Positions 30,647 through 43,192 of a stretch of 64,000 nt of DNA are shown piece after piece. The DNA comes from Balamuthia mandrillaris (lineage: Eukaryota). The notes below the pieces were generated by a model that worked only from the letters and a program-made list of their open reading frames with translations, was not told where the DNA came from and did not search any database. Numbering within the stretch: the stretch's first letter is position 1; every line of letters begins with the position of its first letter. Location: assembly GCA_031835245.2 (NCBI GenBank), contig JAVKOQ020000004.1, positions 62,001 through 126,000 of the forward strand, written 5' to 3'. Position numbers and translations under genes: made by a program.

Positions 30647-33600
30647 GCTAGCTCTCTTTCTCTCTCTTTCTCTTCTTGACCATTGTGGTGATTTGACTTT
30701 TTAAAAAATCAACAGATAGCAACATTTGGAGCGGTGGCAACGCATGAGGACAACCCTATTCGAGCTGTTGAGGCCGGATTGCAGATTCACAACCGTCTCA
30801 AAATCAATGAACGCATCGAAAACTCTATCGGCATCACGTTTGTTTTTTTCCTCTGCATTCTCTTTTTCTCTTCTTCCCTTGTCTCTCTCGTTTCTCTCTT
30901 TGCTCTCTTCATGCTAACAAACAAATATCTTCAGCACTGGAAAAGTGTTTTGTGGCATGGTAGGCAGCACCGTTCGTCGAGAATACACTCTCATCGGCGA
31001 CACCGTCAACTTGGCTGCTCGTCTCATGTGCGCAGCTGAGAAGGGCGGCAACGGCCTGCTCTGCGATGGCAATACCTTCAAGGCCTCCAAGTTTGGCTCT
31101 CGCATCCAATTCGTGGAGCTCCCTCCAGTTAAAGTCAAAGGCAAGGACACTATGATCGCTATATTCAAGCCGAGGGCACTGCGTAAGCAGTCGGTGGTGG
31201 AGGGCATGTGGAAAGGCTCCAAGAGCGATAGCTCCTTCAGTGTCACCCGACAGCTTCTATCTTCTATGGCCACTGCTGAAATGATGCGAAGCGTTCCCTC
31301 TTCGTCTCCATCTTCCAATTCTCTTGCTGTTCCTGTTTCCCCTTCCTCTTCCTCTAATTCTGCTGCCTCTTCGGCGGCATCGATGATGAAGCCAACAAGT
31401 GGAGCTACAGCTGCGTACACGTATAGCCGACCTGTGGAGAACACGATGGCAACGATGCAGTCCAATCGAATGCTGGCAAAGAACGTGTCTGTGGTGAGAA
31501 TGGTGGGAGGCAATATGGTCGGCAGAGATAAGGAGCAAGCTTTGTTGAAGGGAGCGCTGATGAGGTTGAACCAGAGCGGACAGGGCGGAGTGGTAGTTGT
31601 GCAAGGAGCTGCTGGCATGGGAAAGTCCATCCTTCTCAAGTAAGCCTCGTTTCGTTTCTTTCTTTTTTTATTCTTTTGTTTTACTAACAATAACCATTCT
31701 TGTTCTTCTTCTTCTTCTTCTTCTTCTTCTTCTTCTTCTTCTTCTTCTTCTTCTTTCTTCTTCTTCTTCTTCTTCTTCTTCTTCTTCTTCTTCTTCTTCT
31801 TCTATTCTTTTGAAGTTATTTGATGGACATGTGTGAGTTACATGGGACGGAGTATTTTGTGGCAGCAACGGACTCTGTGGAGCGCAACACGCCGTTCTTG
31901 GTGTGGAGCGGCATCTTCCATGTCATGTTGCAGTGTTACACCTACAAGGACAAGGAGCAGAGAACTCGCTTCCTGGCTGATCGTTACGAGCAGATTGAGG
32001 CTATCTTCTCTCCTGAAAAACGGATGACTCCGTTCTTCTCTTTGTTGAATCCAATGTTGAATGTTGATTTTCCTGGTTCGTTCTCTCTCCCTCCCTCCCT
32101 CTCTCTTTCTCTCTCTTTCTCTCTCTGATTGCCTTGTGCAGAGTTGGAGCAGGTGGCAATGCACAAGAAGGACAGGAAGTGGAACACCGAAGTCATCCAT
32201 GAATTACTTTGGTGGTTCATCGCCATTCAAACTCAAAACTTCAGCAAACCTCTCATCATCGTTCTGGACGACTGTCAATGGTTACTTTCTCCTTGCTTTT
32301 CATCTCTTCTCATTTCTTGTCTGCTTTCTTTCTTCTATCTCGCTCTCTTTCTCGCTCTCTCTCTCTCTCTCTATCTCTATCTATCTCTCTCGCACACAAC
32401 ATGTTAATATCAAACTTTGAAAATGATAGGATGGACAGAGCGTCTTTAGCTTTCACGCTTCACTTTGCCAAGGAATTGGAAGTTGTCGATAACGTGATGT
32501 TAGTCTTAGCGCTGCGTCCTTTGACGAACGAGACCCACCTCCTGCGTTTGATCACCATAAAGAACGCCATTCGCATCGACTTGGAGGCTCTCAACGATGA
32601 TCACATATTCAAAATCATCGAACAGCGTTACAACAAGTTGCTTCGCATGGAGAGCAAACGTAAAGCGGAGGAAGCACACCTGAAGAAACGGTTCGAAGAG
32701 GAAGAGAGAAAGCAACAACAGCAACAAGGAGAACCATTGGAAGATAAAACAAAGAACAGGAATAATAAGAGCAAGAAGCGACAAAACAAAGACGAGACGA
32801 GCGGTACCAGCAGTGCAGGAACAGGTCAAGAGTTCTCTCTTTCTAGCGCTCGAGTGCGCATGGAAAGGAATGAAAGCGACGACCTGGAGGAAGAAGTTGA
32901 ACAGGAAATAGATGATACCAACAATAAAGAAGAAGCGAGCAGCGATAGCAGAGCGGATGTGAGAGAGAATGCTTTAACAATAACGAAACAACAAGCACAA
33001 CCAACAATAACCACAACAGAAGCTACAGCCAACGAAGAACAGAAAACACCCATTTCAACACCAGCCACAGTAACAACAAAAACGAGAGCCACATTTAAAG
33101 AACCTCCAACAGCGTCAGAAAAGAAACGATCTGCTTCTCATCGACTTAGAAGGGCTCAAACGGTCCATGCTTCGATGGAAGGTAGCAACGCTTCTGCCAA
33201 CTCAACTAATGCTGTTCCACACGAACAACTCAGACCGAGTCTTGGATCTTCCATTGAGCCTCGAAGAAGCAACATAGCATCCTCTTCCTCTTCTTCTATT
33301 CCTCCTCCTCCGCCGCCTCCTCCTGCTCCTCTTGTTTCGAACAGTAACAACAGCAAGAAAAAGAAAAAGAACAAGTCTGTTCGAAACCACAAACCGGTTT
33401 CAGCTGCTTCAACTGTTGATAAAGACAAGAAGCAACAACAATCATCACCTCTCTCTTCTGTTCGGGCAGCGTCTCCGCCTCTTTCGCCATCGCTTGACGT
33501 GGCCAGAAAGACTGGCATCAAAGGAGCCGTCATATTCAAGAACGAGGAAAATAGCAACAATGATAGCACGAACAACAATCCAACGACATCACCGACAAGC

Positions 33601-36220
33601 AACCTCTTAGCGTCGTCAACAAACAGCCCAGCAACTTCAGCTTCGGGCAAACAGCGAACGTCACAGTTTGCTGCTGGAAGCAAAGCACACAAACAATCAC
33701 TTCCTAATGTACATTCTCCTCAGGACAATCCCACTCAACTTCCTTCCCCTTCACTTATCCCACGACAACAACAAGAACAACCACAAAGGAAGAGCTCTCT
33801 TTTGCCAAGCTCAACCACTACGCGTGCTTCTTCTTCATCCTCCCAACACCCTGCACCGCCACCGCCTCCTTCTCCTCCTCCTCTTCCATCAGCATCTTCT
33901 TCAACAACTTCAAACGATAACAACTTCGCAAAGCTGCTGCAACTTGGAAAGCGGGCTTTGCGAAAACGCAGTACCGCAACTTCAACTGCTTCTGCCTCTT
34001 CGACTATTGCTTCGCATTCTGCAATAGACAAAGCACAAAGAAAGAGGGAAAAACAGGAGCAAAAGATGAAAGAAAAAGAGACGAAGCGAGAGAAGAAACT
34101 CTTGGAGCAAGAGGCCAAGAAAGAGTCTCAAGCAAAGAGAAAGAGAAGCAACAGCTCCTACACCAAACGTATAAAAACCTCCAGTGGAAGCGAGAAAGAC
34201 GAAAACGAAGAAGAAATAGACTACGAAGAGCGCTTAGCTCGCCGAAACCGAAGGATCTCTCCTCCTTCCTCTTTGCATCGTTCTACCTTGTCCTCTTCTC
34301 ACTCCGATAACAGCAACCTGCAAGAGAAGTTCAACAGCCTGAACAAACCACGTGAACGCTTCAAAGTGAACCTCTTCTCCTCCGGCATCATCAACAGCGA
34401 GGAGGCACGATTGGGCAGACACAATCCTATAGTGGAGGATATTATCAAAAAGTCTCAAGGCAATCCCTTCTTTGCGGAGGAACTGACGACAGCCATGTTG
34501 GACAAGCTTCGCAAGGAGACTCGCCGTTCGAGCAAAGACCCTTCCACGAACAACAACAAAGAAGAAGCTCCTTCGTTGTCCTCACGGTCAACTTCTTCTT
34601 CCACGAATAACAACAAAGCGACAACGTTGTCATCATTGACTGCAAGCGGTCCTTTGAAACAAGTCAAGTTAAAGCACAAAAAGAAGCAACAGCAACAACT
34701 GCCGAAAGACGACAGCTTTATTGATAGAGCATCGTCACTCCGTGCTTCTGCTCTTCCTGTTAAACATTCCGCGGACGCGTTGCTTCGATCTGGTGAGGGA
34801 GGAGGAGCCGACGACGACCGGCAAGCAAGAAGAAGAAGTTGGAATAGTGAAGTAGCTCTTCATCCCTCTCTGCAAGAAGTGCAACAGCAGAACAAAAAGG
34901 TCAGAAGCGGAAGCAATCCTTCCGTCGCGTCTCGAGACCGAGAAGAAGGAGGCACAACCAAGCCAAAAGTGAAGAAAGGAGCGTCTTATATCGAACCGTC
35001 GTCGCATGAAGCAGGAGAAGAAAACTTGTTGTCTCCGAGAAGGAAAGAAAGGAGTCTAACAATGATGTCGAAGAAAGAAATGAAAACGTTGGAGAAACAA
35101 GAAAAGAAGGAACAAAAGAAGAAAGATAAGGAGAAAAAACGAACGCTGCTCGCATCGCAACAACAACTGCAAAAACTTCAACTCCTTCAACGCCCTTCGT
35201 TGGCTTCCAACAACAGCAGCAACAACAGCACCAACAAAAACATCCTTGAAAGTATCAAAGGCATTGCTCCGGTTGGAGAGGAGGAGCTCGAAGAATTGCT
35301 ACGACTTGAAGAAGAGAACGAAGCGTCCGACGACAAAAACCAAGACAGGGAAGATGCGGAGGAGAAGAACGAGCGACAAAAGAACCTGAAGAGCAGCTTG
35401 GACCTCCCAGAAGGCATTCAGGACTTGATGGTGGCACGCATCGACAAGCTGACCCCCTCTTTGCAGTTGATTGTGAAGATAGCTTCTGTGATTGGGCACG
35501 AGTTCGACCTGAACACTTTGTTGGAGATCTTCCCTTTGAAGGAGAGCAGAATGGCCATGCGGCACAACTTGACTTTGTTGGAGAAGCTGGACATCATTTC
35601 GAAGAAACCGTGTCCTGCTTATAGGTACGCTTATTCTTTTTCCTCTCCGAGCAGAGAGAGAAAACATGAAAGAGAAAAAAACTTACCAGAGTATGAAACA
35701 AACAAAAACACAGAGAGGAGGGAGGCAAAAGCGATGACAATGAGCTCTACCAATTCGTGCACCTGATCTTCTTCGAGGTGTGTTACAACGTGATGACCTT
35801 TGCCCAGCGAACGCGCATTCACCACAAGCTGGCCGTTTACTATGAAGAGAAGTTCAAAGAGGACACTGCTCCCGTTGCCACTCTTCTGGCCCATCATTGG
35901 TGCAAGGTTCATTTATTTCTCTTTCTTTTTGTTCTTGTTCTTCTTGTTCTTGTTCTTCTTCTTGGTCCTCTTCTCCTAACTTGTACAAACAGGTGGCAGA
36001 GGATCTGGACACCAGTGCAGAAGTGGTGATAAAGGCAGCCAGCTATTTGAGCATTGCCGGCATGCAGGCCCTCTTCCTGCGGCAGAAGAAAGAGGCCCTC
36101 TCCTTCGTGGCCAAAGGGATCAAGCTCATGCAAGCCCATCGGCACTTCCTCACGCCTGGCTCGGAGTACGAAAACACCTACAAGGAGCTCAAGAGCTTCC
36201 TGCGGTTGGTCAACCAATAA
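27856..36220 (+). CDS. Soluble class III nucleotide cyclase-STAND ATPase (copy B, multi-exon), divergent paralog of copy A
   Basis: Same motifs (FIDISG, GGDVITFAG, TDDKG, EYTLIGDTVNLAARLM, MVGRDKE, GAAGMGKS, IVLDDCQW, GNPFFAEEL) and largely shared intron positions. Longer low-complexity inserts. Confidence 0.92.
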
Positions 36221-36733
36221 ACTCTGTAATTTTGTTTTCGAAAAAAGAAGAAGAAAATAAAACAGAGAAAGCGATGGCTCCATTCTTTCATGTCGTGGAG
36301 AACATGCCACGACTCTGGAGTGGACTGAACAGCGCATATGCCCCGCGTAACCACTTAGTAACCAAGCATGTAATGCACCGGGAACGAAAAGCATCCTTTA
36401 TTTGCCTATAGTAAAAAACGATTGCCAGTGTTGATACAGGCAAGGTGAACAAGATGTGGCGACGCCTCCGCCTCCAGGGCGCGAACCACTGGCTCTTTCT
36501 CCTCTTGGCGCTTCGGCGAGAGCCGCTTGTGGGCTCTTGCCGGAGCGGATGCCGTGTCGTTGCGAGCTTAAATATTTTGTGTGGACAAATAATTTAAAAA
36601 ATGCAAAGAATGTATGCTGATTTATTTCCTCGAAAAGTTTAACTGAAAAAAATTTTTTTAGGAAAGAAATAGAAAAGAAAGAAAGATTTAAAGTTTTGTT
36701 GTTCTCTCTCTGGTTATTGTTTGTTGTCGCCCT

Positions 36734-37245
36734 ATGCAAGGCGAGGTGTGGACCTTCGGGTGGAACGCCCATGGGCAGCTGGGTCTAGGAGATGTGTACG
36801 CAACGCAACAATAAAATAAAATGTTTCGATTTATTATTGTTCGAGATGGGAGCTGATGTTTTGTTGTTAACAGCCCCCAGAGTTATTTCAGTAAGCCCAC
36901 ATGGGTTCAAGGCTTACAAGGAGTTCAAACCGCTTTCCTGAGCTGCGGGCACATGACCACTGGCGCTCTTACCGGTTTCACTTTTTCTCTTCTTTTCTTT
37001 TTTCTTTTTCTTTTTTGTTTGCTGATGTGATAATGCTGGCAAACAACGACACCACTGACGATGAATAGCGGATGGAGAGGTGTGGACGTTTGGTGATGGA
37101 AGCTTTGGTCAGCTGGGACATGGCGACAGGAACAACCTGAACTTTCCCAAGCGGATAGGTAACGTCCTCGTCTTTCTTTATTTTTTTTTTTCATTCTTGT
37201 CTCACTTTTTCTTTCTTGTCGTTTCTTTCTTTCTTTCTTGTCGTT

Positions 37246-37285
<40 letters not shown>

Positions 37286-37291
37286 GTCGTT

Positions 37292-37355
<64 letters not shown>

Positions 37356-39715
37356 GTCGTTCTTTCCTGTCGTTTCTTGCTTTCTTGCTTTCTTTCTAAA
37401 CTGTAACCCTTTGATTTCATCTTTCTTCTCTTGTGCAGCAACTTTGCAAGGACAAAGAGTGCTTCAAATATCACTTGCTCGTGATCACTCCATTGCCTTA
37501 ACAGGTTTTCTCCTTTCCCTGTCTTTCTTTTCATTTGGCTTCTTTGTTTGACTCCATGAGATATATAATATTGATACAGAGTTTGGAGAAGTTTGGACAT
37601 TTGGCTCTCGTTTCTTGGGTCGTCTTGGTCATGGTAGAGCTGAAAAGGGACAGGTATCATTGCTTTTTCTTGTTCTCCTCATCTTTATTCTCTTTTTTTT
37701 CTTTGTTTCTTTTCTTCACTCATTCAACAACAATTCAGATGATGAGACCAGTAGAAGCTCTGATGGACAAGAATGTGGTCTTGGTGTGTGCTGGCGGAGC
37801 TAACTCTGCGGTTGTATCCAAAGACGGCAAGCTGTACACATTTGGTTTAAACAATCATGGTATGCTTGAAATAACGAGCCTTCTTCTTATTCCTTCTCTG
37901 CTTTTTGCCAGCCTCTTTTCTTCCTTTGCCCTCTCTTTCTTTTTGACGTCAATCTATTTGAACAACGAAAAGGGCAAAACGGCAACGGAAGTACAATGGA
38001 CGACTATTTGCCGAGATTGGTGTCCTCGCTTCGTGGTAAAGTGAAAGCTGTGAGCGTAGGCGATCGGCACATGCTTTGTCTTTTGGCAGATGGGTCCTTG
38101 TATTCTTGGGGCCACAATGAGTTTGGTCAGGTGCGTTGGTTCTTTCTTCCCTTTTTTTTTTTTTTTTTTTTTTTTGCTCCCTTTCTCTTTTTCCACATCC
38201 TCTGTTTTTCTTTTTGAGCTTTTTGCTTGCTGGCCATCTTTTGTTTCTGGTATCATCATTTTCATAACGACGTTGTTACGCCTACAAAAAAAAAGTTGGG
38301 GCTTAACAAGAAAGGTATTGACAACGCATTAACGCCCTGTCCCGTCGAAGTGCCTGTCGAAAATGCGGCTACAAGCACTCAATGGAAGAAATGGGCCTAC
38401 ATTTACGCCGGCAGCATGCACAGCGCTGCCATTGACCCTGATGGTGTTCTTTACACGTATGTCCCCTCCTTTTCAGTTCTTTCTTATCGTGGTCTATTCA
38501 TTTTTTCAATGCTTTTAGTCTCTTTTCTCTCTCGTGCTCTCTCTCTTTGGCTTTTCCATCTTTCTTATCTTTCTCACTTCTAATTTAAAAACAGATGGGG
38601 ACGTGGTGATGCAGGTCAACTCGGTCACGGAGATCACAAACACGTCTACACGCCCAAACCCGTTCGCGCCTTGATGAACAATGGTGGTGGCCGCATCCTC
38701 CAAGTAGCCCTCGGCCGTTCTCACAGCCTCGCCCTCTCCGAAGGACTTGAGTTATGGGGTTGGGGCTGCGGCAAATCCGGTCAACTGGGCAAAGACTTTG
38801 GCATCGACATGTTAGCAGGGGAGACAGCAGCAGAAAAAGAAGCCGCTGCTTCTTCCTCTGGTGGTGGTGATGATGACGACGATGAAGAAGATGGAGGAAC
38901 CGGCACGCCTTTGCCGGAGCCAGTAGAAGGATTGGGAGGCGTATGTGTGTTGGCATGTGGCCGTTATCACACTGCGGTCCTTATTCAAGGCAATAGTAGA
39001 ATTTTTATGCAGCACGTACGATCCGGACAAATCGCGCCACTTCGTCGCATGTTGGAAGCACAGATCAACGGAGAGGTTTCTGCCAGTGACGAAGCTCCCC
39101 TTTACAAAGCTTTTGGTTTGTATAGCGTGTATTCTTTTTGGCCAGTCTCTCTTCCCCCTCCTCCTCTCTCTCTCTCTCTCGCTCGCGCTCTTCTCTCCGG
39201 TCGTTACTCACATCATCATATATGACAGTAAAACAATCATACGTGAACTTGAAAGAATTAGAGCCAAGCTCTCATCAAGGATGGACACCTCTGCACTACG
39301 CCTGCGATGCAAACAACTTGACTCTCGTTCGCTTCCTTCTATCCTTTGATGGCACGTTAGATTGTCTCTCGGAGGATGAAGACTACTCTCGTCTTCCTTC
39401 GCCCAAAAATATGATTGTTCGACCAAACATCAGCGAAAGCAAAGAGAATATGACACCACTTCACATTGTTTGTGCAAAGGGTCACGTTGAGTGCCTACGC
39501 TCGTTGATTGCTGCATGTGCTTCTGCTGGAACAGCGCTCGACTTTATGGCAACCACTCGAAGCGGCAAAACGGCGCTTCATCTTGCTGTGGAGAAGGGAC
39601 ATATGCAGTGCGCAAAGGCACTTGTCGCGGTTGGGAAGGCTCCTCTTCTATTTGCTAAAGACCAACTTGGTATGTAGTTGTCTTTTGTGTTTGTTATTGT
39701 AGTCTGACTATTTTT

Positions 39716-39766
<51 letters not shown>

Positions 39767-41450
39767 GACAGGAAAAAGAGCATTGGATTATTGCTCCTTT
39801 GAAGAAGGCTTCGAGCTGAAGGTTGTTGGTGACGCTTTCGACATCTGCATTGCGTGCGACGCCAAAGAAGACCGGCAGTGGATACAACGTCTGTGCACTG
39901 GCATCGAGTCATCCTTTATCAAAGTATTTCTAGTTGCCTCTCTTTTCTCTTTGCTTGCTTCTCCACCTTTTCTTTCTCTTTTTGAGTGGGAAACTAATAG
40001 AAACCATGACTGAATGCAGTGTATCGTACTAGCGGAGGACCGAGCAGCAACAGCAGCAAAAGACGTGGCAGTATGCAAAGGCATCATTTGGGTCATTTCT
40101 GACCTTTCCATAGTTTCTCCTGTTTGTCTAAATTATCTTGACCTGGCCAAAGCGTCCGACAAAGTTGGTTCGTATTTCTTCCTTCTTGTTGTTTCTTTCT
40201 TCTTGTCATCTCTTGCCTGCTTTCTTTCTTGTTGTTTCTTGTCGTTTCTTTCTTCTTACAATACCTGCAATACAGTATTTCCGATTTGGAAGAAGAAAGT
40301 AGAGTTAAGCGCTTCGCTTGAATCCGTTTTGTACCGAAGACAACTGGTAGACTTTACCGACGACGCAAAGTTCAACGAGAACGTAACACAACTCGTCGCA
40401 GGTCTTCGTAATATTTTAGGTGGGCCAAATGATAAATCTTCTACAGCATCCTCTTCTTCACATCGTTCTGTTTCTAGTACAACGAACGGCAAGGATAAAG
40501 GCAAAGAAAAGGTAGATGGCGATAGAGAAGCAGAAGAAGGAGAAGGAGAAAGTAAAGAAAAGAAAGAAAGTGACGCCTATCTCTTCATTGCGTGCAGCGA
40601 CAGCGACGAAGCCGCTGCTCGTGTGCTTCAAGCTTCTCTTCAACTTAGTCATATCAAATGCGTTTCTTCTCAACTCGCTTCTTCGTCTTCTCTTTCATTC
40701 CTCGACAACTCCAAAATTACCACCCCAGCAAAGAGTAACATCAGTGCACTCATTACCAGCCCTCAATGTTGGGGACTCATTTTGCTTCTCTCCTCGAAAG
40801 CTGTTGCGGACTCTGCAGTGAAAGACCAAGTCGCTCTTGCAGAGAATCACAAAAAGTTTATACTTCCATTGATGCTGCAGAGGGAAGTCGCCTTGGATAC
40901 CGGATTGCAGTACACTCTTGCCAAAGTACCCAAGTTCTACTTTGTGGGATGGAGGAGGGAGGAGAAGGTAGTCAGGAAGTTGATGGATGGAGGGGAGATC
41001 ATGACGGAGGAAGTGGCAAAGATCCAAGCGGAAGAGGAAGAAAGAGTACGGAGAAAGCGAGAAGATGAGGAACGAGGAATTGTTGTTGCGGAAGGAAAAG
41101 AAGGAAAAGAGGGCGAGGAAGATGACGACGACGATTCGCGCTTTCAAACGGCTTATTACTTTAGCTCCGAGGAGGAGAGGAGAAAGAGGGAGGAGGCGAG
41201 GCTGGAGGAGAAGCGGAGGAGGAAGGTGGAGCGACTGAGACTAAAAGTGGAGGACAGAAAGTTGCAGTTGTGGAGAAGAATGATGAGCGCCGAGGTTCGT
41301 TCCTTCACCCACTTTATCCAGAGCAATCGGGAGGTGGCCAGGAAGAGCGAAGCCCTCAAAACCATTTATGCAAGCATTCGCTCGGCGGAGACAAAGCTGA
41401 CGAAAGAGAAGGCTTTGCTTGCAAAAATGGAAGCCATTGTTGGAAGATAA
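36734..41450 (+). CDS. RCC1-repeat / ankyrin / tandem TIR-like domain protein (multi-exon)
   Basis: About 7 RCC1 repeats (WTFGWNAHGQLGLGD, WTFGDGSFGQLGHGD, YSWGHNEFGQ/LG...) and ankyrins (GWTPLHYAC, MTPLHIVC, GKTALHLAV). Two TIR-like units: FDICIACD...WIQRL...IIWVIS...S..CLNYLDLA...VFPIW...LVDF and LFIACSDSD...LILLLS...VKDQVALA...FILPLML. Coiled-coil tail. Confidence 0.8.
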
Positions 41451-41883
41451 AAAAAGGTAACTTTCTCTTGTTTTTTATTTTTTCTTATTTTATTTTTTTC
41501 TTTATTCATTTTTTTAAAAAGTTTTAAGTTTGAAGATTGTATTTTCCATTTTCAAAATTTAAAGAGATTGCTGAAGTTTCATGTGAAAAACACAGAGGCA
41601 ACACGCCAATCATCCAACGGGAAGCAGGAGAACAAAAGTGAAAGAGAAGGATCGAAACTGGACCCACCAATCCGAGGAAACCCGTTAGGCACCCTTCACG
41701 TTCGTTGTCGTTGTCGTCGTGTCCCCGTTCTCGTGAATGCGTGCTGTCTGAACTAAGAGTCGGTCTTTGGTTCTCTACATGCGATCGAACAGAGATTCAG
41801 GTTGTCTGGAAGAAGAATGCCTCTGGAAGCAATCCATCTCCTTCACCTGAGTTTTCCATTCTCGAACTTTGTTCACCACCGAT

Positions 41884-41891
41884 TATAAATA
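41884..41891 (+). promoter_or_regulatory. TATA box (TATAAATA) with upstream CCAAT boxes
   Basis: TATAAATA about 110 bp before the ATG at 41997; CCAAT near 41605 and 41667. Confidence 0.4.
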
Positions 41892-41996
41892 CACTCCCGA
41901 GCTTCGTTCCTCCTTTTCATCATCAAAAACAACGAACACAAACAACAAAAGCATCCTTTTCCCCTCCCCCACAGGTTCCACAACAAACTGAAAAAA

Positions 41997-42868
41997 ATGA
42001 AGGCAGTGCTTTTTGTGTTTGGCTTGCTGCTGACTTCGGCCTTTGCCATGGGCTCCTCCAACAGCGACTCCGATAGCAACGGTGGAGATATCATGAACGG
42101 CTATGGCGGTGGCGGCAACGTCTACGCCCCTGACGTTACCTACAATAAGTACTCTGAGGACATCAAAATGCCGATAGTCTACTTCGAAGACATCAAGGTC
42201 CAATATTCCCTCTTCCTCTTCCTCGTCTCTTGGCATTGCTTCATGTTAGAAACTAATGTTGTTGCTTTGCTCCTTTCGTTCGTTGTGTGTAGATGGGAGA
42301 CATTCATGTTCCGGACTTATATCCTGGGGACATCAAGGTGCCCGACATCAAGTTCCCTGATCATAAAATGAAAAACATCAAGCTCCCCGACATCAAAACC
42401 CCGATGATCGAAATCCCTGGTACCGTGTCTTTTCGCTGGTTGTCTCTCCCTCCTCCTCGCTGTGATTGCTGAACTTTGCTTCATCCTATATAGAGATCAA
42501 GCTTCCCAAGATCGTCATTCCTCCCATCAGGATCCCTGACATTCCTGGCCGCATCATCCAAATTCCTCCCACTCCTGGAAACATCCAAAAGATCCCCGAC
42601 ATCTATCTCGAGCCCATCAAGGTCCAATCTTTCATCTCTCCTTCCTTTCGTTCTTTTCACTCATTTCATTCTTCTACTGTTCTTACAGATGCCCAACGTT
42701 GTGTTCCCTATGGTGCCTGGTCCTAACGTGAAGGTGCCCAACGTGAAGGTCAACGACATCAAGCTGCCCAACATCAAGATCCCCAACGTGAAGGTTAAGG
42801 ACATCAAGTTCGAGTATGAGGTTCCCAACGTGGTCTACCCTGAGCCGGAGCCTAAGCCTTACTATTAA
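41997..42868 (+). CDS. Secreted pentapeptide (P-D/N-I/V-K-x) repeat protein, 4 exons
   Basis: Signal MKAVLFVFGLLLTSAFA. Spliced product ...DIKVPDIKFPDHKMKNIKLPDIKTPMIEIP/EIKLPKIVIPPIRIPDIP.../MPNVVFP...PNVKVPNVKVNDIKLPNIKIPNVKVKDIKF...PEPEPKPYY*. Confidence 0.8.
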
Positions 42869-43122
42869 GCGAGGGCGCCAGTTTAGACGGAGAAAGAGAG
42901 AGAAGCAGAATCAATTTTGTCTATACAAATTCAATGTGGCGCACCTTTTTTTCCCCTCCCGGTGTGTCATGTTGAAGCAAACGCTCGGAAAAGAGTGTTT
43001 GTTCTTTTTGCCTCTTTTATCTTTTTCTATTTTTCCTCTTTCTCATTTTTGCTATTTGTTGAGCTAGATGCAGAAAAATAACAATTTTTTAGTTTTTTTG
43101 CCTCTAACGTTTCCCACAAAAC

Positions 43123-43170
<48 letters not shown>

Positions 43171-43192
43171 AAGAACTTACCAATTTTTTGTA

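Noticed and set aside
36260..36600. Upstream ORFs or extra 5' exons for the RCC1-TIR gene
   Set aside because: No motif support; an in-frame ATG at 36734 already opens the first RCC1 repeat.
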